Shown piece by piece: positions 50,290-57,525 of a stretch of DNA of 64,000 nt. Positions within the stretch are counted from its first letter, which is position 1, and each line of letters opens with the position of its first letter. This stretch comes from an uncultured Actinomycetes bacterium. GTDB taxonomy: Bacteria > Actinomycetota > UBA4738 > HRBIN12. A program made the position numbers and the translations under genes. The notes beneath the pieces were generated by a model. It had not been told where the DNA came from and made no database searches. It saw only the letters and a list, made by a program, of their open reading frames with translations. Location: positions 6,096-70,095 of the forward strand of contig CAVYTE010000017.1 of assembly GCA_963771385.1 (NCBI GenBank), in the 5' to 3' direction.

Positions 50290-50305
50290 TACGCACACGT
50301 GCGTA
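50290..50305. promoter_or_regulatory. 7-2-7 inverted repeat TACGCAC-AC-GTGCGTA, candidate NarL/LuxR-family operator upstream of the Cys-rich ORF
   Basis: The arms are perfect 7-bp repeats, ~85 nt upstream of ATG 50390. A TATCAT -10-like hexamer lies at 50329..50334. The same heptamer (GTGCGTA 49656..49662) plus TACGCCG (49670..49676) lies in the capD/pqqD-2 divergent intergenic region. Confidence 0.35.
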
Positions 50306-50389
50306 TCGCCGAGCGTCAACGCAGTCCGTATCATGGCCCCGCGGCACGACGCCTGTGCGACGTGGCCTCCGGGCGGAAGGACCCACTGG

Positions 50390-50794
50390 ATGAGCAACCG
50401 TGATCGTGAGGATCTGAACCGGCGCGACTTCCTTCGGAAGGCTGCGCTGACCACCGCAGCCGCCGCGTGGGCGGCCCCGGTGATCCAGACGGTGGCGGCG
50501 ACCCCGGCATTCGCTCAGGCCCAGGGAACCCCGCCTCCGACCTCCGATGAGCCCTGCGGCCACTCCACCGGCCTGAACGGTGGCTGCATGGGAGCCTGCG
50601 CCAGTGTGTGCGGGGGCAACCAGTGCGGCGGTCAGTCGAACGGTCGGAACCAGGTGGCCGGCCCCTGCACGACGTACTGCGCGCCCGGCCAGGGCAACGA
50701 CAACCCGTGCGCCAACCCGGGTCTGTGCGAGCCGGGGAACTTCGTGTGTAGCCCCGACCAGCAGGGCGTCGCGACCTACACCGGCCCGCTGTAG
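50390..50794 (+). CDS. Small secreted Cys-rich protein with twin-arginine signal (candidate substrate/precursor of the PqqD/HprK-like module)
   Basis: 134 aa starting at aa 20 of ORF 50333..50794. The signal is 'MSNRDREDLNRRDFLRKAALTTAAAAWAAPVIQTVAATPAFAQA'. The 90-aa mature part has 10 Cys, including 'CMGACASVC', and is rich in Gly/Asn/Pro. GGAAGGA lies upstream of the ATG. Confidence 0.6.
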   Translation: MSNRDREDLNRRDFLRKAALTTAAAAWAAPVIQTVAATPAFAQAQGTPPPTSDEPCGHSTGLNGGCMGACASVCGGNQCGGQSNGRNQVAGPCTTYCAPGQGNDNPCANPGLCEPGNFVCSPDQQGVATYTGPL

Positions 50795-50814
50795 ACCGCA
50801 CTCCTTCCCCGACC

Positions 50815-51639
50815 TCAGGTCAGGCGTTCCGCGAGCAAGGCTGCCCGTTCCCTCGGCGTGCCGCCCCGCAGCTCGAAGGCCTCCGCCTCCTGCGCAACCC
50901 GCGTGAGGAGCACGACGCCGCGCTCCTGGTACCGGTAGAGGTTGAAACAGTTCGCCGCCATCCGACGGACGGCGTCGGCTCGCGGGACGGGCTCCAGACG
51001 CGGGGGGCCCGATCGCTCCATCCCCACGAAGACGAGCCATGATGGCGGTGCCGCCTCGGCGGCGGCCGCGCCCAGGTCCTCCGGTCGCACGTATCGCTGC
51101 GAGAGCGAAACACCGCTCTCCGTCCGGTCGACGAGCCGGTCGCGCAGGCCGTCGAAGTGCTCGAGGGCGTCATCGTCCAGGCTGATCCGCTTCGGGAAGG
51201 GGTAGGCCCTCCCGGTGACCGGATCGAGCGCGCCGAGCTCGTCGGACAGGTACCCGAACCCGAGCTCCAGCAGTGCGACCACGAGCGAGGACTTCCCCGC
51301 GTCCATCTCGGCCGGCAGCACGAGCGCTCGGCCGTCACGGGCGACGGTCCCGGCGTGCAGGAACAGGAAGTCTCGCGACCCCTTCGGGACGGTCGCGTGC
51401 AGATCCCAGACGGCGTGCCCGAGCAGACGCTCCAGCTGCGCGTGCCGGTAGCGGAGCAGTCCCCCGCGGTAGAGCGACCGGGGCGGCGGCGTGACGTCCT
51501 CGTCCTCTTCGTCCACGAACAGATCGACGAACACGGCGTGGTGGTCGCCGCCCGGACGCCGGAACGGCGCGAGGTGCCAGGCGAGCGCGGCCGAGAACCG
51601 CTCGTCCACGGAACGGACCGTGTACGAGGTGGAGAGCAT
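50815..51639 (-). CDS. HPr-kinase-related kinase (HprK-related kinase A/B type) with intact P-loop
   Basis: 274-aa ORF with 'FLHAGTVARDGRALVLPAEMDAGKSSLVVALLELGFGYLSDE'. A conserved coding-like extension (GWVATDHYR) lies upstream of the ATG, up to an in-frame TGA at 51685..51687. Confidence 0.65.
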   Translation of the reverse strand: MLSTSYTVRSVDERFSAALAWHLAPFRRPGGDHHAVFVDLFVDEEDEDVTPPPRSLYRGGLLRYRHAQLERLLGHAVWDLHATVPKGSRDFLFLHAGTVARDGRALVLPAEMDAGKSSLVVALLELGFGYLSDELGALDPVTGRAYPFPKRISLDDDALEHFDGLRDRLVDRTESGVSLSQRYVRPEDLGAAAAEAAPPSWLVFVGMERSGPPRLEPVPRADAVRRMAANCFNLYRYQERGVVLLTRVAQEAEAFELRGGTPRERAALLAERLT

Positions 51640-51718
51640 CCGATAGTGGTCCGTGGCGACCCAACCTGGGTCGAATTCGTCGCCTCAGCCCCCCGATGGA
51701 TGCCGATGCGCGCGTGGC

Positions 51719-52531
51719 TCATCGGCCAGCCGACCCACCTCCCTCCGGAACCGTCTGCTCGAGCAGGAGCCGGGCAGCATCGGGGAGCGATCCGACGACG
51801 AGTTCGGCGACGCGGGCGTTCCGGAGCACGTCGCGGAACACGAGCAACGCTCGGTCCGCCCAGATGTGCAGGTTGAGACCCGCCTGCGTGAACCGGAAGA
51901 GCGCCTCGGCCGCCCCGATAGGCCGGAGCTCCGACGGACTCCCCGGTTCGAACGTCGGGAAGATCACCCCGCCCGGATCCGCCGGCTCGGCCAGGCGTCC
52001 CCCGAGCTCGTCCAGACGCACCGGTCGCCGAGGCTCCCTCGCGCCGTCCTCGCGCGCTCGCCGGCGGCTCGGCGACGACGAACGGCCCAGCTCCGGGAAG
52101 AGCGCGAGATCGCTCTCCGCGAGGAGCAACGGGATCGACGAGCCGTGCACCCGGCGCATGACCGGGTCGAGGTTCACGATCTCGTCGCCGAGGTAGCCGG
52201 CGCCGGATCGCACGAGGAGCGCCACCAACGCGGGGAGATGCGGCGCGGGGACCGAGGGCAGGATCAGCGCACGGCCGTCCACCACGACCCCGCCCGCCCG
52301 GATGCGGATGAACTCGTTCGAGGAGCGCGTCGCGATGTCACGGACGCCGGAGATCAACCGTCCCGCCATCTCGTCCGGCGCGTACCCCTCGTAGATCTTC
52401 AGACCGCCGACGAACAACCGCTGGCGCGCGCGGACCTGCTTGCCGCCGGCGAGCGTGCGCTGGATCCCGCAGTCGGCGGAGAAGCGCAGCTCGTCGGACG
52501 CGTCCGGGTCCAGGAACCGCTGCAAGGGCAC
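51719..52531 (-). CDS. HPr-kinase-related paralogue with degenerate P-loop (probable pseudokinase partner)
   Basis: 270-aa ORF with 'IRIRAGGVVVDGRALILPSVPAPHLPALVALLVRSGAGYLGDE', aligning with the neighbouring kinase but without GKS. Homology to its paralogue continues ~29 codons upstream of GTG 52531 ('GWVASDRYSVEGTEFAVRATDPAF'), so the true start is unresolved (up to 52639). Confidence 0.6.
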   Translation of the reverse strand: MPLQRFLDPDASDELRFSADCGIQRTLAGGKQVRARQRLFVGGLKIYEGYAPDEMAGRLISGVRDIATRSSNEFIRIRAGGVVVDGRALILPSVPAPHLPALVALLVRSGAGYLGDEIVNLDPVMRRVHGSSIPLLLAESDLALFPELGRSSSPSRRRAREDGAREPRRPVRLDELGGRLAEPADPGGVIFPTFEPGSPSELRPIGAAEALFRFTQAGLNLHIWADRALLVFRDVLRNARVAELVVGSLPDAARLLLEQTVPEGGGSAGR

Positions 52532-52717
52532 GCGAAGCAGTTCGAGGAACGCGGGGTCCGTCGCACGTACCGCGAACTCCGTGCCCTCGACCGAATACCG
52601 ATCGCTGGCAACCCAACCTAGGCGCTCGAGGGTTTCCTCTCAGTGGTTGCGTGCGCGCGTCTGCGGCGTCACAGCTCCCCTCCTCGCTGCATGCGTTCCT
52701 GCTGGTAGGCGGGCGCG

Positions 52718-52732
52718 TACTATAACCAAGTG
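52718..52732 (+). promoter_or_regulatory. -10-like TACTAT placed 6 nt before the GTG start: probable leaderless transcript for the LuxR-type gene
   Basis: 'gcgTACTATaaccaaGTG': the hexamer is at 52718..52723 and the GTG at 52730. There is no SD and no convincing -35. Confidence 0.3.
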
Positions 52733-53419
52733 GCTCCTCGGGTCCTCATCGTCGATCCAGAGCCGTTCTTCAGCGAGTCATTGGCCACCGCGCTCGGTCT
52801 CGACGATCGGATCCAGGTCGTCGGGTGGACCACCGACGAACGAGCGGCGGTCCAGATGGCCACCTCCCTCGCTCCCGACATCGTCCTCTCGGGCTCCGAC
52901 GCCGCTCCGGAAACGGTGGCTCGCAAGGTCCGCCGGTTGCGAGGCCACGCGAAGGTCGTCGTCCTCACCCGTCGACCGGTCGGCAACCTGCTGCTCGAGG
53001 CGGCCACCGCGGGGGCGACGGGTGTCCTCGGGCACGACCTGGGAGTCTCCGACCTCGTCCCGCTGCTCGCCGGGTCGATCGACGGCCGGTTCGTGGTCGA
53101 ACCGAGCCGGCTGGGCGACAACCTCCGGCAGGCCGCAGCTGGGCGTGCACGCGAAGGTCCGGAGAGCGACGGGCTGGAACGACTGACCGACCGGGAGCGC
53201 GAGGTCCTGCATCTGCTCGCTGCCGGCCTGGACAATGCCGCGATCGCGAAACGGCTGCATCTGTCCGCGCACACGATCCGGACCCACGTGGGCAACATCC
53301 TTCGCAAGCTCGAGGTGCACAGCAGGGCGCAGGCGGCTCGCGTCGCCCTCGCCGCGGACGACCCGAGCCGCGCCGTCGGCGTCTTCCACATCCGTGGTCC
53401 GGAGCTCCCTCCCCGGTGA
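52730..53419 (+). CDS. LuxR-family regulator with degenerate receiver domain
   Basis: The HTH is 'LTDREREVLHLLAAGLDNAAIAKRLHLSAHTIRTHVGNILRKLEV'. The N-terminus 'VLIVDPEPFFSE' has only one acidic pocket residue. Confidence 0.75.
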   Translation: MAPRVLIVDPEPFFSESLATALGLDDRIQVVGWTTDERAAVQMATSLAPDIVLSGSDAAPETVARKVRRLRGHAKVVVLTRRPVGNLLLEAATAGATGVLGHDLGVSDLVPLLAGSIDGRFVVEPSRLGDNLRQAAAGRAREGPESDGLERLTDREREVLHLLAAGLDNAAIAKRLHLSAHTIRTHVGNILRKLEVHSRAQAARVALAADDPSRAVGVFHIRGPELPPR

Positions 53420-54033
53420 GCGCCGACGGACGGACCGTCCTCCTCGTCTGCTCGGACCGACTGTTCCGCGAGTCCGCGACCGCCTACCTGGAACGGCACG
53501 GATGGACGGTCCTGCCGGCCGCCGACGAGCTGCAGGCGCTCGTGACGATCTCGCGATCGGTTCCCGGTGCGATGCTCGTGCTCGAGGGCCTCGACCGACA
53601 CCGGCCCGGGGCCCTCGTCCGGCAGATCCACCGGCGGTGGCCGCTCGTCTCGGTCACGGTCCTGGGCAGCATCCCCGTGGATGGAGCCGAGGTCCTTCCA
53701 CGAACGGCGACCGCAACCGAGGTCCTCGAGGGGCTCGAGCGGACCGCCGGCCCGAGCGTACCCAGCCCCGGATCGGCACCGGACGGACTCGACCGCGAGG
53801 GGATCGCGCTCCTGCGGACACTGACGCGACGCGAACGGCGGATCCTGTCCGACCTCGTGGACGGCCTCACGAAGGCCGAGATCGCGGATCGTCTGGGTGT
53901 GAGCGAGCACACCGTGCGGACGCATCAGCAGAACCTCCATCGCAAGCTCGGGGTCCACAGCCGGCTCGAGCTCATGCGGCTCGCATCCGCGCACGGACTG
54001 CTGCGTTCGAAGGATCTCGACCGGGTCGTGTGA
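53416..54033 (+). CDS. LuxR-family regulator with degenerate receiver-like domain
   Basis: 205 aa from GTG 53416 (GTGA overlap). The HTH is 'LTRRERRILSDLVDGLTKAEIADRLGVSEHTVRTHQQNLHRKLGV'. The N-terminus is 'VLLVCSDRLFRE'. Confidence 0.7.
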   Translation: MSADGRTVLLVCSDRLFRESATAYLERHGWTVLPAADELQALVTISRSVPGAMLVLEGLDRHRPGALVRQIHRRWPLVSVTVLGSIPVDGAEVLPRTATATEVLEGLERTAGPSVPSPGSAPDGLDREGIALLRTLTRRERRILSDLVDGLTKAEIADRLGVSEHTVRTHQQNLHRKLGVHSRLELMRLASAHGLLRSKDLDRVV

Positions 54034-54041
54034 CCCGGTTC

Positions 54042-54731
54042 CTACCGGTCGGCGCCGACGAGCTCCTCGACGATCCGGTTCTGCCGCACGAAGGCAGCGG
54101 CCTCGAGCCGCGAGTGGACGCCCAGCTTGCCGAGCACGTTCTGCACGTGCGTCCTCGCCGTCTGCGGGCTGATCACGAGGGCCTGCGCGATCGCGTCGTT
54201 GTCGGCGCCGTCCGCAAGGAGCGCGAGGACCTCGCGCTCGCGACGGGTGAGACGCGAGGCTCGCCGGAGCGCCTCGTCCTGCTCCGTCCGCCGGCGCGTG
54301 AGCCGCGCGATGAGCGTGCCGAGCATCCGCGGAGGGACGAGCGTGTCGCCGTCGTGGATCGCCCTGGTGGCGCTGATGAGCTCGGCGAGTGGGCTCGTCT
54401 TCGTCAGGTAGCCGTTCGCACCGGCCTCGAACGCCGCGACGAGGGACCGCTCCTCCTCCTCGGCCGACACCACGAGGACCTTGCACCCGGGAACGGCGGA
54501 CTTCAAGAGCGCCGTGACGCGGAACCCATCGCCGTTGGGCAGACCGGCGTCGACGATCGCCACGTCCGGCTGCGTCTGCCGGGCCGCCGCGACCGCCTGC
54601 AGCCCGTCACGCGCCTCGCCGACGACCTCGATGTCCAACTCCCGCTCGAGGACCACTCGGACGGCCTCGCGGAACAGCGACTGCTCCTCGGCGATGAGGA
54701 GCCGGATCTTCCGATCACCGTTCGCCATCAT
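54042..54731 (-). CDS. NarL/FixJ-family response regulator
   Basis: The receiver reads 'IRLLIAEEQSLFREA..PDVAIVDAGLPNGDG..VLVVSAEEE..GYLTK'. The HTH is 'LTRREREVLALLADGADNDAIAQALVISPQTARTHVQNVLGKLGV'. Confidence 0.8.
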   Translation of the reverse strand: MMANGDRKIRLLIAEEQSLFREAVRVVLERELDIEVVGEARDGLQAVAAARQTQPDVAIVDAGLPNGDGFRVTALLKSAVPGCKVLVVSAEEEERSLVAAFEAGANGYLTKTSPLAELISATRAIHDGDTLVPPRMLGTLIARLTRRRTEQDEALRRASRLTRREREVLALLADGADNDAIAQALVISPQTARTHVQNVLGKLGVHSRLEAAAFVRQNRIVEELVGADR

Positions 54732-54930
54732 GGCTTCCTGCTCCGTCCAAACTAGTCGTGCGGCACAGGGTACGGGCGGGTCGACTGGTCGGCACGCGTC
54801 CTCGAACGTAGGCCGGGTAGTACGAACGGATGAGATGCACCGTGTCCGCGAGCAGGCCGACGGGCTTCGCGTCCGGCGAGCGAGCTTCCTGCGCCCTCGC
54901 GTCCACGTCCGCTACGCAGGATGACGGGTT

Positions 54931-54955
54931 CGGCGTCGGCATCCCCACGACGCCG
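54931..54955 (-). terminator. Hairpin 40 nt downstream of the response-regulator stop (possible intrinsic terminator)
   Basis: 8-bp stem CGGCGTCG / CGACGCCG with a 9-nt loop. No U-tract. Confidence 0.3.
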
Positions 54956-54994
54956 CTCTCGGGAGGATCGCTCCACGAGGCGCGGCCCGCGATC

Positions 54995-55642
54995 CTAGGA
55001 ACGAGCCGGCCCGACCGGATCGTTCACGAGGTGGTGGCGGACGGCGAACGCCGCCGCCTCCAGACGCGAGTGCACCTGGAGCTTCGTGAGGATGCTCTGG
55101 ACGTGGGTCCGGACCGTGTTCGGACTGATCCCCAGGGGTCGAGCGATCGCGTCTCCGCTCGCCCCCTGCACGAGGAGCGTCAACACCTCGCGTTCCCTCG
55201 GAGTGAGCTGCTCGGCCATCAGGGCGGCGTTCTCGTCCTCCGAACGACCGTTGCCCGAGCTGAGTCGGCGCGGCAAGACCACCTGTCCCGCGGAGACCGT
55301 CCGCACCGCCTGGACGAACTCTTCCACCGCCGTGTTCTTCGTGACGTAGCCATGGAACCCGATCTGCAGCGCCTCCTCGACGGCCCAGTGATCGTCGCGG
55401 GCGGTGAGCGCCAGGATCTTCGCATCGGGGAAGCGCTCGAGGATGGCCTTGCCGGCGGCGAGGCCGCTCTGATCCGGGAGGCCGAGATCCATGAGGATCA
55501 GGTCGGGCCGTTCGCGTTCCACGGCCACGAAGCAGTCTTCCGCGGTCGGGGCCACGGCCACCACGCGGATGCCCTCCGCCTCGAGGGCGGGCGTGATCGC
55601 GTCCGCGAAGAGCGCGTGATCGTCGACGATCAGGACGCGAAT
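54995..55642 (-). CDS. NarL/FixJ-family response regulator (canonical receiver), apparently initiating at ATT
   Basis: 215 aa with 'IRVLIVDDHALF..PDLILMDLGLPDQSG..ILALTARDD..GYVTK' and HTH 'LTPREREVLTLLVQGASGDAIARPLGISPNTVRTHVQSILTKLQV'. There is no ATG/GTG/TTG upstream of the DD pocket. GGAAGGAG (55649..55656) lies 6 nt before ATT 55642. The gene overlaps the kinase stop by 13 nt. Confidence 0.8.
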   Translation of the reverse strand: MRVLIVDDHALFADAITPALEAEGIRVVAVAPTAEDCFVAVERERPDLILMDLGLPDQSGLAAGKAILERFPDAKILALTARDDHWAVEEALQIGFHGYVTKNTAVEEFVQAVRTVSAGQVVLPRRLSSGNGRSEDENAALMAEQLTPREREVLTLLVQGASGDAIARPLGISPNTVRTHVQSILTKLQVHSRLEAAAFAVRHHLVNDPVGPARS

Positions 55643-57384
55643 CGTTCGCTCCTTCCCTCGAGGATGGGCAGCTCCAGTCGGAAGCTCGCCCCCGACCGGG
55701 TGGACCGCAGGCCGATCGAGCCGCCGTGCGCCTCGAGCACCCGGCGCGCGATGAACAGCCCGAGCCCGTGCCCTCGGCGAGCCGCCCTGCCCGACCGGCC
55801 TCGCTCGAAGGGGTCGAACAGGAGTTGGCGCTCCGTCGGGGGGACCCCGGGTCCCCGGTCGGTGACCTCGACGCCCGCCATCCGTCCCTCGATCGCGACG
55901 CGGACAGTGACGGGAGTTGCGGGCGGCGAGTACGCGAGCGAGTTGCGGATGACGTTCGAGATCGCGCCCCGCAGCTGCTTGGCGTCGCCGAGGACGAATG
56001 GGTGATCGGATGCCTCGACGACCAGGCGCTCGTCGATCGCCCCGAGGCTGGAGGATCGCGCCGCATCCCGGACGACGCGCACGAGATCGGTCCGCTCCCG
56101 CGTGATCGGCTCGGTGCCGACGGACCACCGGAGCAGGGGATCGACGAGGTCGGCCAACTGCATCAGCTCCTCCTGGGTCCTGCGCAGCAGCTCCCGGCCC
56201 TCGTCGCCGGCGTGCGTCTCGTAGGCCCGTTCGATCGCGGCGCGCGCGCCGACCAGCGGGCCCGTCAGCTCGTGCGCCGTGAGCGCGATCCCGAGGTCGC
56301 GCGCCTGGTTCCGCGCTCGCGCCCGACGGCTGACGCTCGACTGGGCCAGCGCGGCCCCCAACATCGACTCCGCCCGATCGAGGAACTCGACCTGCGACTC
56401 CTGCGCGTCGCCGACGAGGAGCGTCGCACCCCCGGCCCGGAGCACGGCGACCTCTCCGCATCCGGTGATCTCCCGGAACCGCCGGCGCAAGGTCGCGACC
56501 GGCGCGCGGTGCGGCTCGGGCTCGTCGTCGCGGGCCCGGAGGGCGGCACGCAGCTCCGCCCGTCTCCTCGAGCCGAGACCACCGGTCCCCGCGAGGAACC
56601 ACCCCCATCCGTCGCGATCGGGCAGCACCCCGGCGACGGGGACCGCGAGGTACTCGAAGCACACGCCGACCGTGACGCGGACGGCCTCGGTCGCCGTCTT
56701 CGCCTCCAGCAGCTCCGGGGCCAGCCGCGAGATCGCGGTCATCCCCGCGAGCGCTCGCTCCGTCTGCGACCGGACGAGCGCGGTATCCAACACGAGCGCC
56801 GCCTGCCCGATGAGGGCACGCACGACCTCCTCGCGCCAGACGATCCTGTCCGTCGGGGCGACGATCTCGACGACGCCGAGCACGTCGTCGTCCTGCACGA
56901 TCGGGAAGATCCCGAGCGCGAGGCCCGGGGATCCCTGGATGGGAACGTGGATCGCATCCCCGGTCAGGAACACCGTCCTGCGGCGCGAGGAACGCATCCG
57001 ACCCAGGCCTTCGTGCTGCCCGTCGCACGCGATCACCCGCAGCCGCCCGGCGGCATCGGGAACCGCGACGCGAACCGTCGCGGATCCCTCGCCCACCGCG
57101 GAACGGATCCAGTGGGCGCACGCGGCGGCGGAGCGTCGAAGTTCGGCCTCCGGCCCCCCGATCGACCGTCGAGCGCGCTCGGCCGTCCGCGCCTGCCCGA
57201 TCGAACGGTGTCCGTTCAGAGCCTTGAGGTCGGCCCGCGCGACCGGCGCAGGGCGGGTCCGAGCCCGGTCGGGGATGCGCTCGGATGCATCTCGAAGGGA
57301 ACCCTCTTCCAGCACCGTGTTCCTTCCTCGTTCCAACGTCGGCCCGTCGGAGGCCATAGAGTTCCCTTTCGGGGGGACGCCCAA
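55630..57384 (-). CDS. Cytoplasmic sensor histidine kinase with two GAF-like domains
   Basis: 584-aa intact ORF with H-box 'LTAHELTGPL', 'ISNVIRNSLAYS', 'VTDRGPGV' and 'GHGLGLFIARRV'. No TM helices are evident. The start may be ATG 57357. Confidence 0.8.
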   Translation of the reverse strand: MGVPPKGNSMASDGPTLERGRNTVLEEGSLRDASERIPDRARTRPAPVARADLKALNGHRSIGQARTAERARRSIGGPEAELRRSAAACAHWIRSAVGEGSATVRVAVPDAAGRLRVIACDGQHEGLGRMRSSRRRTVFLTGDAIHVPIQGSPGLALGIFPIVQDDDVLGVVEIVAPTDRIVWREEVVRALIGQAALVLDTALVRSQTERALAGMTAISRLAPELLEAKTATEAVRVTVGVCFEYLAVPVAGVLPDRDGWGWFLAGTGGLGSRRRAELRAALRARDDEPEPHRAPVATLRRRFREITGCGEVAVLRAGGATLLVGDAQESQVEFLDRAESMLGAALAQSSVSRRARARNQARDLGIALTAHELTGPLVGARAAIERAYETHAGDEGRELLRRTQEELMQLADLVDPLLRWSVGTEPITRERTDLVRVVRDAARSSSLGAIDERLVVEASDHPFVLGDAKQLRGAISNVIRNSLAYSPPATPVTVRVAIEGRMAGVEVTDRGPGVPPTERQLLFDPFERGRSGRAARRGHGLGLFIARRVLEAHGGSIGLRSTRSGASFRLELPILEGRSERFAS

Positions 57385-57525
57385 GTGTCGAACACGGAGC
57401 GCGTACTTGTCAATCGGGCTTACGTCGAGGGCACTACGAGGCGCGCCGTATGAGGACTACGCGGAGGACAGGATTCCGCCGAGCCCCCGGATGCCGCATG
57501 ATGGTCCTAGCCCCCCCAGTCGCCG

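Noticed and set aside
37233-52639. Lasso-peptide (or sactipeptide/lanthipeptide) biosynthetic cluster
   Set aside because: PqqD, HprK-like and nucleotidyltransferase genes are present. However, there is no asparagine-synthetase-like lasso cyclase, transglutaminase-like leader protease, radical-SAM enzyme or LanB/LanC/LanM. The candidate peptide is 134 aa with a Tat signal, unlike known precursors.
51685-52642. TGA recoding (read-through as Gly/Trp/Sec) to explain the in-frame TGA just upstream of the conserved GWVA(T/S)D segment of both HprK-like genes
   Set aside because: TGA functions as an ordinary stop throughout the window, including many coupled GTGA/ATGA junctions. The high-GC actinobacterial-type content does not fit code 4/25 organisms. 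No SECIS-like context was evident.
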